From Azolla caroliniana (taxonomy: Eukaryota > Plantae > Polypodiophyta): 64,000 bases of DNA. Below are positions 45,693 to 60,172 of this stretch, piece by piece; position 1 is the first letter of the stretch, and each line of letters starts with the position of its first letter. The DNA lies in NCBI GenBank assembly GCA_043228905.1, contig JBHGNT010000003.1, positions 18,786,001 through 18,850,000 on the forward strand. The letters run 5' to 3'. The position numbers and the translations under genes were made by a program. The notes beneath the pieces are model-generated. The model saw only the letters and a list, made by a program, of their open reading frames with translations, was not told the origin of the DNA and did no database searches.

Positions 45693-48600
45693 AATCTTGT
45701 CACTCATGAGTAAATCTTCTATACATCCTAGCTTCATTCGATATTCAGTCCTAATGCAATTACATGATACTGTAACTAGCATTTATATATTTCCCCTTAC
45801 GTAATTACTCTCTATGCAAATATTTAAAGGAGATTATTGTACCCCTCTATTTTTCCTTACGTTATTAGGCCCACATGATGATTGGTGTTCCACAATCAAA
45901 CATGGATTTGTCACTCTCCTATTGAATGATTGATTTTGTGGAGTATCTATTTTGCAAAATGTTATGTTATGATTTTGGGCATGTGGAGGTATATTTGCTT
46001 TTTAACTAAGGGACTAAGGTCACACAATTGAAAAAATTTAATGGTAGGAACAACATCACTCCCTAATGTGAAGGGTAATATGAACATTTCTATGATGTTG
46101 ACAGGACAATAACTAGATTGGGTAGGTTGAACGAATATGATAGGGACAAGCAAGTTGGTTTGATCCGTGAACATAACACAAAGGTTCAAGATAGATATTT
46201 AGTGTGGTTAAGAATTCATCAACCATGGTGTACGAATCGACAACTCCATGCCCAAAACAAGGGATGGCATAATCAATATAGAGCATTATAAAGATTGAAA
46301 TGCTCTAACTTTGTTTTTATCGAAATATCTACATTTTAAGCAACCATATCAACATGTATGTTGATGCATATATTTCTATTTGTATGGATATGTGCATAAT
46401 TTGCTAGTGGATTTAGGTTCAATGTGCTTCAAAATGAGTTTGGCACACCCGATGAAATGTCATCGAACGATCAACCTTTTCATATTTGGTGAAAGGGGAC
46501 TTTGATTGTCTCATTCATGCTAAAAAAAGGCTACATTATTAAAATTTATAAACCAATAATGCATAAGAAGTCCCCAGAAAGGCCGAAATTTTTTGCCATA
46601 ATTTGTTCATACCAAATTTAAGTGGTGCATGACTAAAAGGCACTAAAGAACAAGAAGTATAATGAAATTTTGCATCTTAAAACGAGACAAATGATTATAT
46701 ATGATACAAAACTCTCAAAGTTTCACGTTATATGTCCTTAACAATAAATTGATGTATTGTTTTAGATAAGTAATCACAATTCATTTCTTTTATTACGTTG
46801 GAAGTTGTTTGTTAAGCCTACCAAGTTGGTCACCAAACACATTAATGTGTATTCTTTTTAATGGACGTAGACACGCAAAAAGGGTATAATCAACCATGTC
46901 TATTTTGATGTGTTCACAAAACGTATGAAACTTGCCTTCGTTGTTTGCTACAACGCAATAAAAATGAGAAGTATGGAGAATAATTGATAGTAAATAATTT
47001 GGTTTGTGTGGACCCATATAAAAAGAAACGAAAAAATTATGTAATAGTTTAATGTTATAACACAATTCTCCATACAATGAACTCATCTAGCATAACACAA
47101 TTTGAACAATGGTACATAACATCGTATAATCCTTAGATAATATTCATCTTAAATGTTAGGGCATTGGTTCCATTGAGAAGTAGCTTTTACGATCTACGAC
47201 ATTTAATCAAAATGCAATTTACTAATAAAAACTCTCCCTTTCAAACATATTGGGGACGAACAACACATATATCACATCATGTCTGTAAAATTTAATTAGG
47301 TTGATATGCATCATCATTCCAAGGTTGTGAAGAGAAAAACATATTTATCTAATGAAAATTATTTTAAGGCTCAACATGATGAAGATCGATTGTGAGTGGG
47401 CCACAACGATGCATTACTCATATGCCTTGCACTATTTCCAATTACCAGGTATTTAATTCAACGACATACATTTATTCAGTTAGGTCTAAAGATGCACAGA
47501 AATTTAGATATCTCCCACCAGAATTAAATAAGTACATTCAAGTCGATTGTGATGTAAAGATGCTAACATAAGGAAACAGTTGTGACTCGTTTGTGTTCTA
47601 CCTTGGCTCTCAGTGGACGTGGACATGCATTGAAGTCATTCCCAACTACTAAGGGTTAACCTTATATTATTTTATGTTACTACAACATGGTGATCACTGA
47701 TTATGAAAGACCTAACCTAGAGATGTAATACACATGGAACAACATATTAACTCTTATCATACTATAAGCGAAGTATGGAGTCTCGACCTCTCCTTCAATT
47801 GTATTTCCGACTATTAGTTATTTCATATTCCAAACATAAGAAATGAAGTAGGAGAAACTTGTTACATTTTCATATTATCATAAATGTCTCTCACAAGAAT
47901 TATAATAGTTTGGGTGCAATTCATAATTGTCTAACATCTAGATTCTATATTATATGTGTATATACATAAACATACACATGTGACACACACATGCACACGT
48001 ATATGTATTATATAAAAATGTGACATTATCATGTATACAATGTACACACATGCACACATATATATCATACACCCTTTTCATTGAGGGGCCATGCTCATGC
48101 ATCTCTTGTCAACCATTTTATGCATGTCTCTAAATTTGAGGTTGAACCCTGTCGTGAAGGTCAAAGTTTCTTAACTTTTTTGTTTTAGGATTTCTATTGA
48201 ACCCTAGGGAAGTGTGTGGACCTGATGAGTTATACACGCATGGATAGTTTGGTGCATCAACGAAAGCTTGAGTGTAGTTATTTATAATAATGTATGTGCG
48301 ACAGTGCCATGACTTTGACCCTCTAATGAAAAATGAAGACCGGGCACAAGCATTGTAAAGCAAAATCATAAAGCAAGCATTAAGTCGGCATCGTAGAGGA
48401 TGATTATGAATGTGGTATAGGTGAATGTGATTCATCCATAGAAGGCACATCCAATCTCAAAGAGAAAGTAGAGTGTCTTGGTGGATGTCTATGTCAAGTC
48501 TATTAATGTGGTGATCTTGTGAAATGTGTCAATTCTTATGCAGATGCTTAGTCATGTGATATGATACAATTGGTTTAAACAAAACCTCGTTATAGTAAGT

Positions 48601-51600
48601 TGGAAAATGATGGGGGGTTTGAGGATGATGATCCCCAAAATTTAAGCCTTTTTTGTTGTAGGGCCAGACACCAACATGCACTCATACATTTGAAGAAATA
48701 TGATAAGTTTTGCCAAAATATTTAATTATTTTTACACCTTGAATTGTAATTATGAGTGCAATAAACCAAAGCTAAAGATCAATATTGCATTTGGGTGGAA
48801 GGAGTTGTTTTTGGAAATGGAAGGAGTTTTTTTTGGAATAATAATAATAATAATGCATTTTGGGTCGACATGTGTCTTGGCTTACAAATTATCATATTTT
48901 AGTCATTTCAATATCTATCTATTTCAATGTTAAACAATACCTACTTTACGAACCCTCACTTTATCCTTTCTCAAATATCTCAATTAAACAACACTATGGG
49001 AAATCACAAAAGCAAATGTATATCATTACAATTACAAATATACATGATTTTCACTAAAGGTTATTGCCATAGAAATAATCTTCAATAAAATTATGTATGG
49101 AAGGAACTTGAGGAAGTTTCTTTCGAATATTAATCTTAAACACATTAAGGAGGCCATGACAAATACATAGTGGTGTAACAAAAGACATTTCAAGAACCTT
49201 GACAATATTTAATTTATAAGGTGTCATGTATGCAAACAAATGGCAAATATTAGGCATGACAATAATCAATAATTGCTTGAAGTCATTAGAAATTATAGTG
49301 ACCTAACGGAACTCTATTGTACCTATTGAACCCACAATTTTAATATAGTCGATGGTTGATGCTTTGGCATAGGAAAAACCTTTTTCTTGGTAAGTTTAGG
49401 AATGGTTGCATTTTATAATTGAGAAGACATTATCATCAATTTGAAAACAAAACAAGCTATCGTTATATTTTGATAATTTGAGAGGAGGATCATGTTATTT
49501 TTAAAAGATGCAAGAATTTGGTCCTCAAAAGTAGAAATATTGAAGGGCAAATCAAGTGGTTAGAGTTTTCATATGAAGTGTTGTTGAATTATGAACTCGA
49601 TAAGAGATAGTGGAGGCAACAAGTTGCATAGTAGAACACCTAGGAAAGTGGCTAAACGGAGAACTGTAATTGTCTCCACTTTGCTAAGTGTTCTACTATT
49701 GCAACTTGATGTTTGGCTTTTAGAGGAACATGGACAAGGTAGCATGTGGGAAACATATATATGCAAGAAAGGAAAGTTGCTTCTTCTTTTCTCAATGCAA
49801 CCATAATATTTTTATTTGAACGAAAAAGTTGTTACAATATGATATTCTAGGAATTTTGATTTTTCATTCATTGATAGAATAGTTGGACTTGTAAAATAAC
49901 ATATGGAGCTTTACACCAATGAAGTAATAGAGATTTGTGAAAGCCTATTTTGTATCAGAATGCCTTAAGATTTCTCCCGATGTTAATGTGGTCTAAGCAG
50001 TTGAATGTGGAATGTAGGTCCGAAGTGAGAAAGGAATCGTCGAACAAGATTTATTGATGCATTATTGGGTGGACAAATCATGAGAGAATAAAGAAAATGT
50101 TTGGGAAGACAAACAATGAGAGAAATAAAGAAAATCATACAATTGACAAGGTATTTATTAATTCAATACATGAATAGGATGATAAATGATCAGAGAATTT
50201 TAGAAAAGGACAACAAGCAAATAGCAGAACAAAACTTATAGAAAGGATAAAGACAAAAAACAAGTAAGGCGTTCTCGCATGAATTGCATGAGGGTGCATG
50301 AGGGTCGAAAGAGAGAAAAAACGTTTTCACATGGTGTGTCTCTAGAGAGGGTAAGTGATCATTGTTGATGCTCAAGAGTTTCGTTACCAAAGCAAGGTTG
50401 GGAAAGAAAGGTATGCAAGAAAGGTCGTTGTATTAAAATGTCAGGAAAGTAAATTGTAGTTTCCATGGAAGGTTAAGTACTCAAGTTAACTTGTTTGATA
50501 CATGTTTCAAGCATAAAATGCATTCTCAATGAGATTCCTCATCTCACATTGAAGAGTGAAAACAGTAACGTGGTCTACAACCACAAGCGGTTTGCACTTA
50601 TAAGGGTACCTTGCAATGTTTACACATCCAGGGCAGAAAACATGGGTTTGTACTACATATGTTGTGTAAACATTTTATTCCCCTACATCGGCAACACCCA
50701 AAACCTCATTGCTAGTTTAAGAGAACTTCTGACAAAATTGTGGATAAGCCTGCAAAACTTGTTTCCCATTTCAAAACGTAAAATGGGCCTACATGAAAGA
50801 AATCCTAAGTATTTCAATTTTGTTTTAGTATTAGGTTAGGTATCACAAAAATCAGTAATGTGGCCACTTAAAAAAAGTGGACAAAAATGTATGTTTGATT
50901 AGTGCACATATGTATGCTCTTGTAAGTCGAGCATTCCCAATGTTACCTATTTTGTTTGTCGGCGTTTACTTTTCCCTTCTAGTCTCGATTTTGAGAGAGA
51001 GAAAATGCTCAGTCATAATGCAAAAATAAAATACGGAATGCTCATCTTGTTCAGTAAAATTCAACATTTAAGGTTCAAATATACTATGACCCTCGGTATA
51101 TAAATAACAAGTAAAAAGTAAACGCGGGAATGATTGAGAACAGGTTTCGTTTCACTCACTCAAGTACCATCTCGTTAAAAATGGTGCAAATGTGGAAATT
51201 CTAGAAGAGATGAGAGTGCCCTTTAAATGGTTGCCTATGACTCATTTTTCTTAAGCTAAAGGTCATGACCAATCAAAATCATGCACTTTTTTTTTAGGTA
51301 AGAAAGGGCAATGATTACGTATTAATGATGCAATTATTATAATTATTGAATATTGAATGTTTGGACTATATAATAGAAGGGGGTGTTCATCATGGCAAGA
51401 GAATATAAATTGTGAAGTTGGGGATGGGTGAACCTTAGGTATAAAACCTTAATGCACAAAGACTTTTTTAGGTGTATGCCTTGTTCTCTCTCTCTCTCTC
51501 TCTCTCTCAATACCCCCTAGAGTGATATTTGACCTCAAGGATGATAATAAAATCTACCCATCTATCTACCTATCTATCTAAGAAAACTTACATGTTGATT

Positions 51601-51882
51601 GTCCTTGTGTGGGGGGTTTATGACCCTCTCTGCTTTTATGGGAATCATACTTCTTCCTCATAATTCTCCCTTCTTTTCTTTTACTTATCTTTTTGTTGCT
51701 TCATCTTCTTCTTCTTCTTCTTCTTCTGTTGTTGTTATTCCTGCCTCTACTTCCTTCACCCCATTTTCTTCTCCCTCTCTTTCTCATGATAGTATATACT
51801 AAGGTGATCAACTTAAATCCATTCAAGGTCATCACAAAATAGCTTGTGTGTGTGTGTGTGTTTAGCTATAGTATATTGTGAA

Positions 51883-53406
51883 ATGACCCACGAGAGGAAT
51901 CTCAAAGGCTTAATAATAAACTTCACTCAACATGCATTAACCCCAATCCAAAAGAGTTTCCAACACTTAGATGGAGATTCCTACAAGAGAACCTTGCAAC
52001 AAGAGAATATGATGATATTAGCAATTATATTAGGGGTGGTATCCCTAACCTTGTACTCATATTGGTGGTTTAGATTAAGGAAGGTGAGCATTTACCTCCT
52101 AGACTATAGTTGTGTCAAGTGTAGTGATGACTATAAGACTAACCTCGAAAGTATACTCTACTTCTACCAACAACTCGGGTCTATCAGTCCTCCTGACATG
52201 GTCTTTCAATTGAAAGTGTTCCTCAAGTCAGGGATCGGAGAGGAAGCCTATGTGCCACGTGTCAACCTCCAATTTGGTAGACGCCTCGCCCTCCAACATT
52301 CACATGACCTCGCTCACACTCTTGTCATTGGTTCTGTCAATCAACTCATCAAGAAGATGTGCATTGATCCTCGTGATATTGATGTGCTTGTTGTTAATAG
52401 TGGCACATTTAGCCCCACTCCCTCTTTAAGCTCTACCATTATCAATCACTTCAAGATGAGAGAGGATGTGAGATCATTTGAGCTTGATGGCATGGGGTGT
52501 AGTGCTAGCCTCATTGCCATTGATCTTGCCAAAGACATTTTGCAAGCTCGCCATCAAGTGTTCGGCCACAGGCACCCTCGCTTGGCACTTGTTGCTAGCA
52601 CTGAAGTCATCAACGCATTCTACGAAGGATCGGATCGCTCCATGATGGTGACAAATTGTCTCTTTCGTTGTGCTGGGAATGCTGTCCTCCTCTCCAATCG
52701 TGCATCGGATCATTCCTCAGCAAAATTCAAGCTCCTCCATCTCACTAGAGTGAATACGGCTGCTCGTAATGAATCTTATAATTGTGTAATAATGCAAGAA
52801 GACGAGAAAGGCAATCTAGGGGCTAAGCTTAGTCCACAACTCCTTAAGGTTGCTAGTAATGCCCTTACCCTCAACCTCACACGTCTAGCCCCACGTGTTC
52901 TCCCCTTCATTGAGCTAGCTCGTGTGGCCTTTCATGGAATTAAGATTTGGATTTCCAAAACCAAGGCTTTGGAACCATTTGTCCCCAATTTTAAGCTTGT
53001 TTTCAACCATTTTTGTATCCACCCTGGGGGCAAGGCAGTTATCCAAGGAATTGGCACGAGTCTAAAATTAAATGATGATGATATTGAGCCTTCCCTTATG
53101 GCTTTGCATAGATTCGGGAACACTTCTTGCTCCGGGATTTGGTATATACTTTCTTATATGGAGGCCAAGAAAAGATTAAAGAAAGGGGACAAGGTATTGC
53201 AAATTGGTCTTGGTTCCGGATTCAAGTGCACAAGTGCAGTATGGAAGGTGTTGCATACAATCGACGAACCAAATTTACTAGAAAATCCTTGGGGTCATTG
53301 CATTCATCGATATCCTGTGAATGACCAATTATCTAGTCTTCCTCATGTTCAATGTTTTATCGACTATGTGAAGAACTCGAAAGAATTTGCAGGATATAAA
53401 TTATAA
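51883..53406 (+). CDS. KCS: 3-ketoacyl-CoA synthase (FAE1-type very-long-chain fatty acid condensing enzyme), single exon
   Basis: 507 aa from the first ATG (alternative start 52009). N-terminal hydrophobic anchor, catalytic Cys in GMGCSAS, HFCIHPGG, LHRFGNTS, QIGLGSGFKC. Confidence 0.96.
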   Translation: MTHERNLKGLIINFTQHALTPIQKSFQHLDGDSYKRTLQQENMMILAIILGVVSLTLYSYWWFRLRKVSIYLLDYSCVKCSDDYKTNLESILYFYQQLGSISPPDMVFQLKVFLKSGIGEEAYVPRVNLQFGRRLALQHSHDLAHTLVIGSVNQLIKKMCIDPRDIDVLVVNSGTFSPTPSLSSTIINHFKMREDVRSFELDGMGCSASLIAIDLAKDILQARHQVFGHRHPRLALVASTEVINAFYEGSDRSMMVTNCLFRCAGNAVLLSNRASDHSSAKFKLLHLTRVNTAARNESYNCVIMQEDEKGNLGAKLSPQLLKVASNALTLNLTRLAPRVLPFIELARVAFHGIKIWISKTKALEPFVPNFKLVFNHFCIHPGGKAVIQGIGTSLKLNDDDIEPSLMALHRFGNTSCSGIWYILSYMEAKKRLKKGDKVLQIGLGSGFKCTSAVWKVLHTIDEPNLLENPWGHCIHRYPVNDQLSSLPHVQCFIDYVKNSKEFAGYKL

Positions 53407-53760
53407 CCCCCCGTTATTTTGTAAATAATTATCACTATAGATTTTGTCAACATCAATGGGACCCAAGCTAATAGCTATGCCAATTTATTATCATTTTTAT
53501 TTTTCCTTCCAATGAATGTTTGGTAGATGTGGCCCTTATCTATTAATTGTTTGCTATGACGGTGCACACTTTAAAATAAAAAGATATTCCCCTTGTGTGC
53601 CTTTATCTTATCTCATTAGAGTGTGTCAATCCCTAAAACTCGAACACTTACATAATTGATTGGTTAATCATTGTGTGCGTTTCTTAAAATTGTCTTGACT
53701 CTTAGAATTCATTCAGGTTGGAATTTGATTTTGCATTGAATTGTTTCCAAACTTCAATTT

Positions 53761-54295
53761 TTATGGAGGCCAATAAAATATTGAAGACAGGGGACAATGT
53801 ATTGCAAATAGTTCTTGGTTCTGGTTTCAAGTTCAATATGGAAGGTGTTGCATACAATCAACAAATCAAATTTGCCAGAAAATCCTTGGGGTAATTTTAT
53901 TCATTGATACCTTGTGAATGACCAATTAGCTAGTCTTCCTCATTTTCAATGTTTTATCGATTATGTGAATAACTTGAAAGAATTTGGAGGATATAAATTA
54001 TAACCACACTTTATTTTGTAAATAATTACTACTATAGATTTTGTCAACATCAATGGGGCCCAAGTTACCACCTAAGCCAATTTATTATCATATTTTTGTG
54101 GACACTTTAAAATAAAAACAAATCCGTTTGTGTGCCTTTATTTTATTTTATTGCATTGTATCAACCTATGAAACTCAGTCACTTACATAATTGGTTCTCT
54201 AATCATTGTGCGCGTTTCGTGAGACCGTCGTGACTCTTGGAATCCATTCAGTTTGGAATTCAGTTTTGACTTGAACTGTTTCCAAACTTCAATTT
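53761..54295 (+). pseudogene. Tandem duplicate of the KCS 3' end and 3' flank
   Basis: Diverged copy of about 53157-53760 (TATGGAGGCCAA...CCAAACTTCAATTT) with deletions and stops. Confidence 0.9.
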
Positions 54296-54728
54296 AAATT
54301 TTGTTGTGTTTATTGTTAAGCCCTTTCTTTGCACATCTTTCACTATCCATAAAATCGTAGCATTTATTAAAGAATTTTTTATCATTAACTTTAGCCAATG
54401 TTGAATATGCTCATATTATAGTTGAAAATGTACTACATTATTTATTGTGACCTTTGTTGGCACTTCTTGGAATTGTGAAGGTAATAAGCTTATATGAGCC
54501 CATTTTTAGGTTTATGAGATCCAACCCTTTTTAAGCTTTGCCGTCAGGTAATAATGTTTTCAACCCTTGGGTTGTGAGAAGGTACTTATAAAGACATAAA
54601 TTAGAGGTAATGCATTAATGTCCATGATCCCAAACAAACAAATGTTATCTTCATTTCAATGACCTTATAACATCAACTCCATCGCTTGAGTCTTGAATTC
54701 TTAACCTCAAGGTTTTGAGAGCACAAAT

Positions 54729-57700
54729 TGTTAGCATATGCAAAAAATACGAGAAACACATAGACATATTTATAACCTATAGCATGAATCAAAGGACAAA
54801 TGAGAAACATATATTTTAATTATCTCAACCAAAAGAGATAGGCTATGTCTGAGGTTGTAGCTCATGTGCTCCTAAGTCAACTGATATAGATAGAAGTTAG
54901 AGCTCCAAAATACATTTGAGTGAGCAAAACAAGATGAAATGTTTTGGTTTAAGTGAAAACTAAAACTTGAGTACATTATGAGGTTTCTCTTTATACAACA
55001 ATCATGACTAACTCAACTAACTTATTCAATGTACCCCCACTTGTATGTTTCACATGACCCTCTCTTCTCTAGTGTGCACATGTACAAGCACAATATATTA
55101 CAATAGAACTTCATTTCTTTCCTACACAAGGTTCATGTTATGAAATGAGGTCCCTCCTTATGGGAGAAGAGACGATTCGACTAAGAGCCGGCTAGGTGTT
55201 GGCTATGTGCCAACTAGGTAAAATGGAAGCTAGTTAAGGCTGAGAACTAGCCGTGTATAAGAGCTAGCATGAATGCATGCTGTTCGGCCATATATGAGAC
55301 CCAACGTGAGAGCCGACTATCTAGCGAAGGATCGAATACCTGTTGAAGAGTCGGCTAAGGATATGTATGTATGTATGTATAAACCCTAGAGTATGGTATG
55401 ATTAACAGAGAACAATTGAATATAGCAAAGCGAACATAGAGAACGATATAGAAAATGCGTGTGAGCGGTGTTGTGCAAGTTGAGCTCGTGTGTGTGGGTT
55501 GACCCTCAAATCAGATCTCACTATCATGGACACACCAACCACGGACTCAGACAGAACAAGGATGATGGGGCTAAGAACGTGGAACTTAAGAAGTTGGGAA
55601 CGACACAAGAGCATGAAGACAGAGATAAAGATCAAGGAGACAAGATGGGGTGAAACGAGAATACTAGATTGATGTGTCAATGACTGGTGTTGAATCCCTT
55701 GAAAGGGACCAAGGAGGTTACAAGTATTTATACTGTGAGCTGAAGTACATGCATTAGAATATTTTGGAGATTATTCTAGAACCCTCTAGATCTAGAACTT
55801 TCTAAAGGTATGTGACTAAAGCGTATTTCTAGATCAAGTACATTATATATAAATAAATGCTCATATCAAAATGGTTGAGCATGATATCTTGTTAAGTGAG
55901 GTTGCAAGGTCAATCCTCACCAACTATGTATTTTATGTCACTGTGTTGTGACATTATCCTCCCCTTTACGATTGTCTTTTCGAAAGTGTGGTGTAGGGAT
56001 GAGCGGGAATTGGAGTATCTACGGGCGTGAGAGACCATGTGCGGTCATCACCGGAGACTGGAACACCGATGGGCGTGAGCGACCATGTGTGAGAGGTTAA
56101 GTAGTCAAGGTTGACCCAAAACACATCACAAACGATAGCGCTAGCAAGAAACCGACGTGATCCCCACCAGGATAGTGATCGATTGTGACCCCCCACTAGA
56201 ACTAGATTCAGGTGAGCGATCAAAATCAATCATCATCAAAGGAAAGTGGAGCAAACTGTGGAGCAAAATGAAAATGGAGTGCAAGCAAACAATGATTCAA
56301 TCCCCACTAGGAAAGTGAGTGGTTGTAACCACCACTGGAACTGTGAAGGTGAGTGATCGAAATCAATCCTCGCCAAAATCGTGATGCAAAATGAAACCTA
56401 TAGATGATGACAATGACCATGAAGAGGGCGGAACAATGATGATAATGAAAGATGATGCAAAGTAGTGAGCGATTGAAATCGATCCTCATCAAAGGAAAGT
56501 GGAGTAAAATGTGGACCAAAATGAAAATGGAGTGCAAGCAAGCAATGATTGAATCCCATCTAGGAAAGTCAGTGGTTGTAACCCCCATCGGAACTGTGAA
56601 GGTGAGTGATCGAAATCAATCCTCACCAAAATCGTGATGCAAAATGAAACCTATAGATGATGACAATGACCATGAAGAGGGTGGAACAATGATGATAATG
56701 AAAGACCATGCAAAGTAGTGTTGATGAAGATGAAGAGGGTAGAACAATGATGATAATGAAAGACCATGCAAAGTAGTGTTGATAACGATGAAGGTTGGGC
56801 GATGTAACGTTGATGAAGACAACCAGAGGTGCTGAAAAATGATGATGTCGAAGACGAGGCAGTGAAGACGATTATGATGAGGAAGCATCTCTAGAAGGAA
56901 CGATTATGATTATGGTGACGATGGCATCTCTAAAACCAAGGATGTTGATGACGGTAACTCTAGAAGCAAGGACGGGGACAATGGTAACTCTAGAAGCAAG
57001 GGCAATGATGAAGACGGGTGATGCTTCCAGAGTGAGGGGATTTAAACTATTATGGACACACCAACCGCGGACTCGGATAGAGCAGGGATGATGGGGCTAA
57101 GAGCCTGGAACGACATAAGAGCATGAAGCTAGAGATTAAGATCAATGAGACAAGATGGTGTGAAATGAGAATACTATATTGATGTGTCAATGGTTGGTGT
57201 TGAATCCCTTGAAAGGGACCAAGGAGGTTACAAGTATTTATACTGTGAACTGAAGTACATGCATTATAATATTCTGGAGAGTATTCTTGAACCCTCTAGA
57301 ACCTTCTAGTTCTAGAACTTTCTAGAGGTATGCGACTAAAGAGTATTTCTAGATCAAGTACATTATATATAAATAAATGCTCATATTAAAATGCTTGAGC
57401 ATGATATCTTGTTAAGTCAGGTTGTAGGTTCAATCCTCACCAACTATGTATTTTATGTCATTGTGTCGTGACACTCACCAAGATCAAGGGCTCTACATAG
57501 ACTAGGTTCTGGTGCTCCTTGCTTTGTTGCTCCTTTCGGTTCATTGTGTGAATCCGTCTTCTAAGACGAAGGTCTGTTCAAGGTTGTGGCTTTGACAGAA
57601 CAACAATACCCCTAGTTGGCTAAGGAAGCCGAAAACAGTTGTACACATTCATATAGTGATCTGTTCTGGAGTCAGTGGGCTCCCATGTTTTTTTCCCATT

Positions 57701-60039
57701 CAACGGTTCCACATAAAACTCTGTGTGCCTTTGTACTTTTCTATATGTATCATGTATTGTATCCATTGTTTGACAAAGAAACTAAGCAGATCAGATAGTA
57801 GTAGACATGGTCGTTGGTTGATTCTAGTCCCATATTTCCCTTCAAATTGCTATCAGAGCAAGGTTGAAATATGGATGAATCCCTTGGTGGGATGTTCAAG
57901 CTTACTGACCCTGGAAGTCCAAGATGAGATACATGTTAGTTTGCAAAGACTTGTGGTTGCCTGTACAATAGGGCCAGGATAAACCAGACAAGATAGATGC
58001 ATTGACTTGGGAAGCCATGCATCTAAAAGCAGCTGCATACATATGATGTTTTATAGACATGAGTCTATATAACAACTTCAATGATGAGACCCAAGCAGGT
58101 GTTCTATGGAAGAAGATAGGGAGTATGTTTGAGACAAAAAATGCTTCAATAGAGTCTCCGTCTTTAGGAAGATTGTGAGGTTGAGATACCAGGATGGCTC
58201 TAACATGGCTGAGAACCTAAATGCATTCCAAGGGCTGATTAGCCATATTGTCTCTCTAGAAATACCTCTAGTAGATGAGGTATTAGCCTTGTTGATATTA
58301 GTTTCTCTCCCGGACAGTTGGGAGACACTTGTGGTCATCCTAGATAACTTAACACCCCAAGGAAAACAACTGACACTAGATATGCTCAAGTCGAGTCTTC
58401 TCAATGAAGAAGCATGATGAAAAGAGAAAGAATCAAGCTCTGAGCACAAAGCCCTAGTCACAGACAGTGACCTCAATAAAGGTAGGGGTAGGCACAGAAG
58501 TTCACAAAATCGGGACAAGTCCCAAGCAAGGTCGAAGTCTAGAGGAAGGCTCATGTGCTTCTACTGTGGTAAGCTGAAGAAGATTTCGGAGAATAAGAAC
58601 ACCTCAACCGTTGTTGCGAGTGAGGAGGAGTTGTTGTTCATTAGTGAACAGAGCTATGTAAACCTCACAAATGATGAGTCCACTTGGGTAGTCGATTTAG
58701 GTGTGTCGTCTCACCTAACTCCCAAGACAGAGTGCTTCTCATCTTACACAGCCGGAGGCTATGACTATGTGAAGATGGGAAATGATGGTGCATGTAGAAT
58801 TGTTGGAATTGGAAATGTGTGCTTGTTAACATCCATAGGTATTGCATGATATACGCCATGTTTTGGATATTAGATTCAATCTAATATTAGCCAGACGGTT
58901 GGATGATGAAAGCTACAGTGGTGGTTTTCAAAATGGCACTTGGAAATTATGCAAAGGAAGCCTGATTGTGGCTCGTGCCCAGAAGCAAAACACAATATAT
59001 GTAATGCATGCATGGTTGTGCCAAGGAGAGACAAATGTAGCAGGTGACACAATTGGTGAGTTGTGGCACAAGAGGCTTGGCCATATGAGCCAAAGAGGAA
59101 TGCATATGCTAGCAGAAAAGGAACTCCTACCAGAGGTAAGAAATATGCATCTGGAAAAATGTATTGACTGTCTGGCCGGCAAGGAAAATAGGGTTGCCTT
59201 CCGCCTTAGGCTTTTGATGAGAAGGAAGAATGCTTTGGATCTTGTGCACATAGATGTATGCTATGTTGATGCTAAGTCACATGTTGGTGCATAGTATTTT
59301 GTGACATTTATTGATTATTACAACCAAAAGTTGTGGGCTTTGGTGATGAAGACAAAGGATCAAGTGCTATCGATTTTCAAAGAGTTCCAAGAAAGAGCCA
59401 AAAGGGAATCCGGACAAAAGTTGAAGGTTGTCCGGACTAATCATGGGGTTGAATACAGAGGGGATTTTGAGAAGTATTGTTGATGCCAAGGAATAAAGAT
59501 TGAGTACATAGTACCTAAGACTCCTGAGCTTCATGGAATGGCCGCAAGGATGGACAAAACAATCATGGAAAGAGTAAGAAGTATGTTGTCACATGCTAAG
59601 TTAACAAAGACTTTCTGGGTTGAAGCGATGATACAATTGTTTACCTTATAAAAAGATCTCCCTCAGTACCACTTGATGGTGATGTCCCATAGAGGATGTG
59701 GACAAGTAAAAATTTGTCTTACTAGCATCTGAGGTATTCAGATGTCTAGCTTATGTTCATTTGGCAAAGGATCATATATCAAAACTTGACGGCAAGTCAA
59801 GGCCATGTATCTTTCTAGGGTATTGTGAAGATGAATTCGGCTATAGACTGTGGGACCTGATAGACAAGAAGGTCATTAGAAGTCAGGACGTAGTCTTCTT
59901 GGGAACAACAAAAACCAGGGTCATCCTCCCAACCAACCGAGAAATGGAAGCTGACTGAAGCAACTGAATCCAAATCAGCTGATACAAGCTGAATCGGCTC
60001 ACAATCAAATTGGTTTCCAGCCGGCATCCGACTAATGTG
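54729..60039 (+). mobile_element. Decayed copia related to family A (A3); LTR split by an insertion, INT region cut by a chromovirus
   Basis: LTR end at about 57844, PBS-like TGCTATCAGAGC. gag RLRYQDGSNMAE, PR WVVDLG, LWHKRLGHMS, INT remnants. The left boundary (TGTTAGC at 54729) is tentative. Confidence 0.75.
55136..57473 (-). mobile_element. Non-autonomous gypsy-type LTR element with a tandem-repeat interior
   Basis: Direct repeats ~55522-55953 and ~57050-57473 end in GTGACA. PPT AAAGGGGAGGATAA (minus strand) adjoins 55953 and resembles the chromovirus PPT at 60469. Flanks TTCA/CTCA; two ~253-bp tandem units at 56212-56717. No PBS seen. Confidence 0.7.
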
Positions 60040-60130
60040 TGTCAGCAACAGTACTAAGATAGAGAAGGAATTAGTACTAAAAGATGAGTATTAGTACTAA
60101 GAGATGTGTAGAACTCTCGAGGGAAGGAAT

Positions 60131-60172
<42 letters not shown>

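Noticed and set aside
49054-49269. Possible hAT transposase remnant (VTPLCICHGL)
   Set aside because: Single weak motif; no terminal repeats or TSD found; needs an HMM search.
54680-54728. Degenerate tRNA/SINE-like fragment on the minus strand (CTCAAAACCTTGAGGTTAAGAATTCAAG)
   Set aside because: B-box is poor, there is no A-box, and the match is too short to support.
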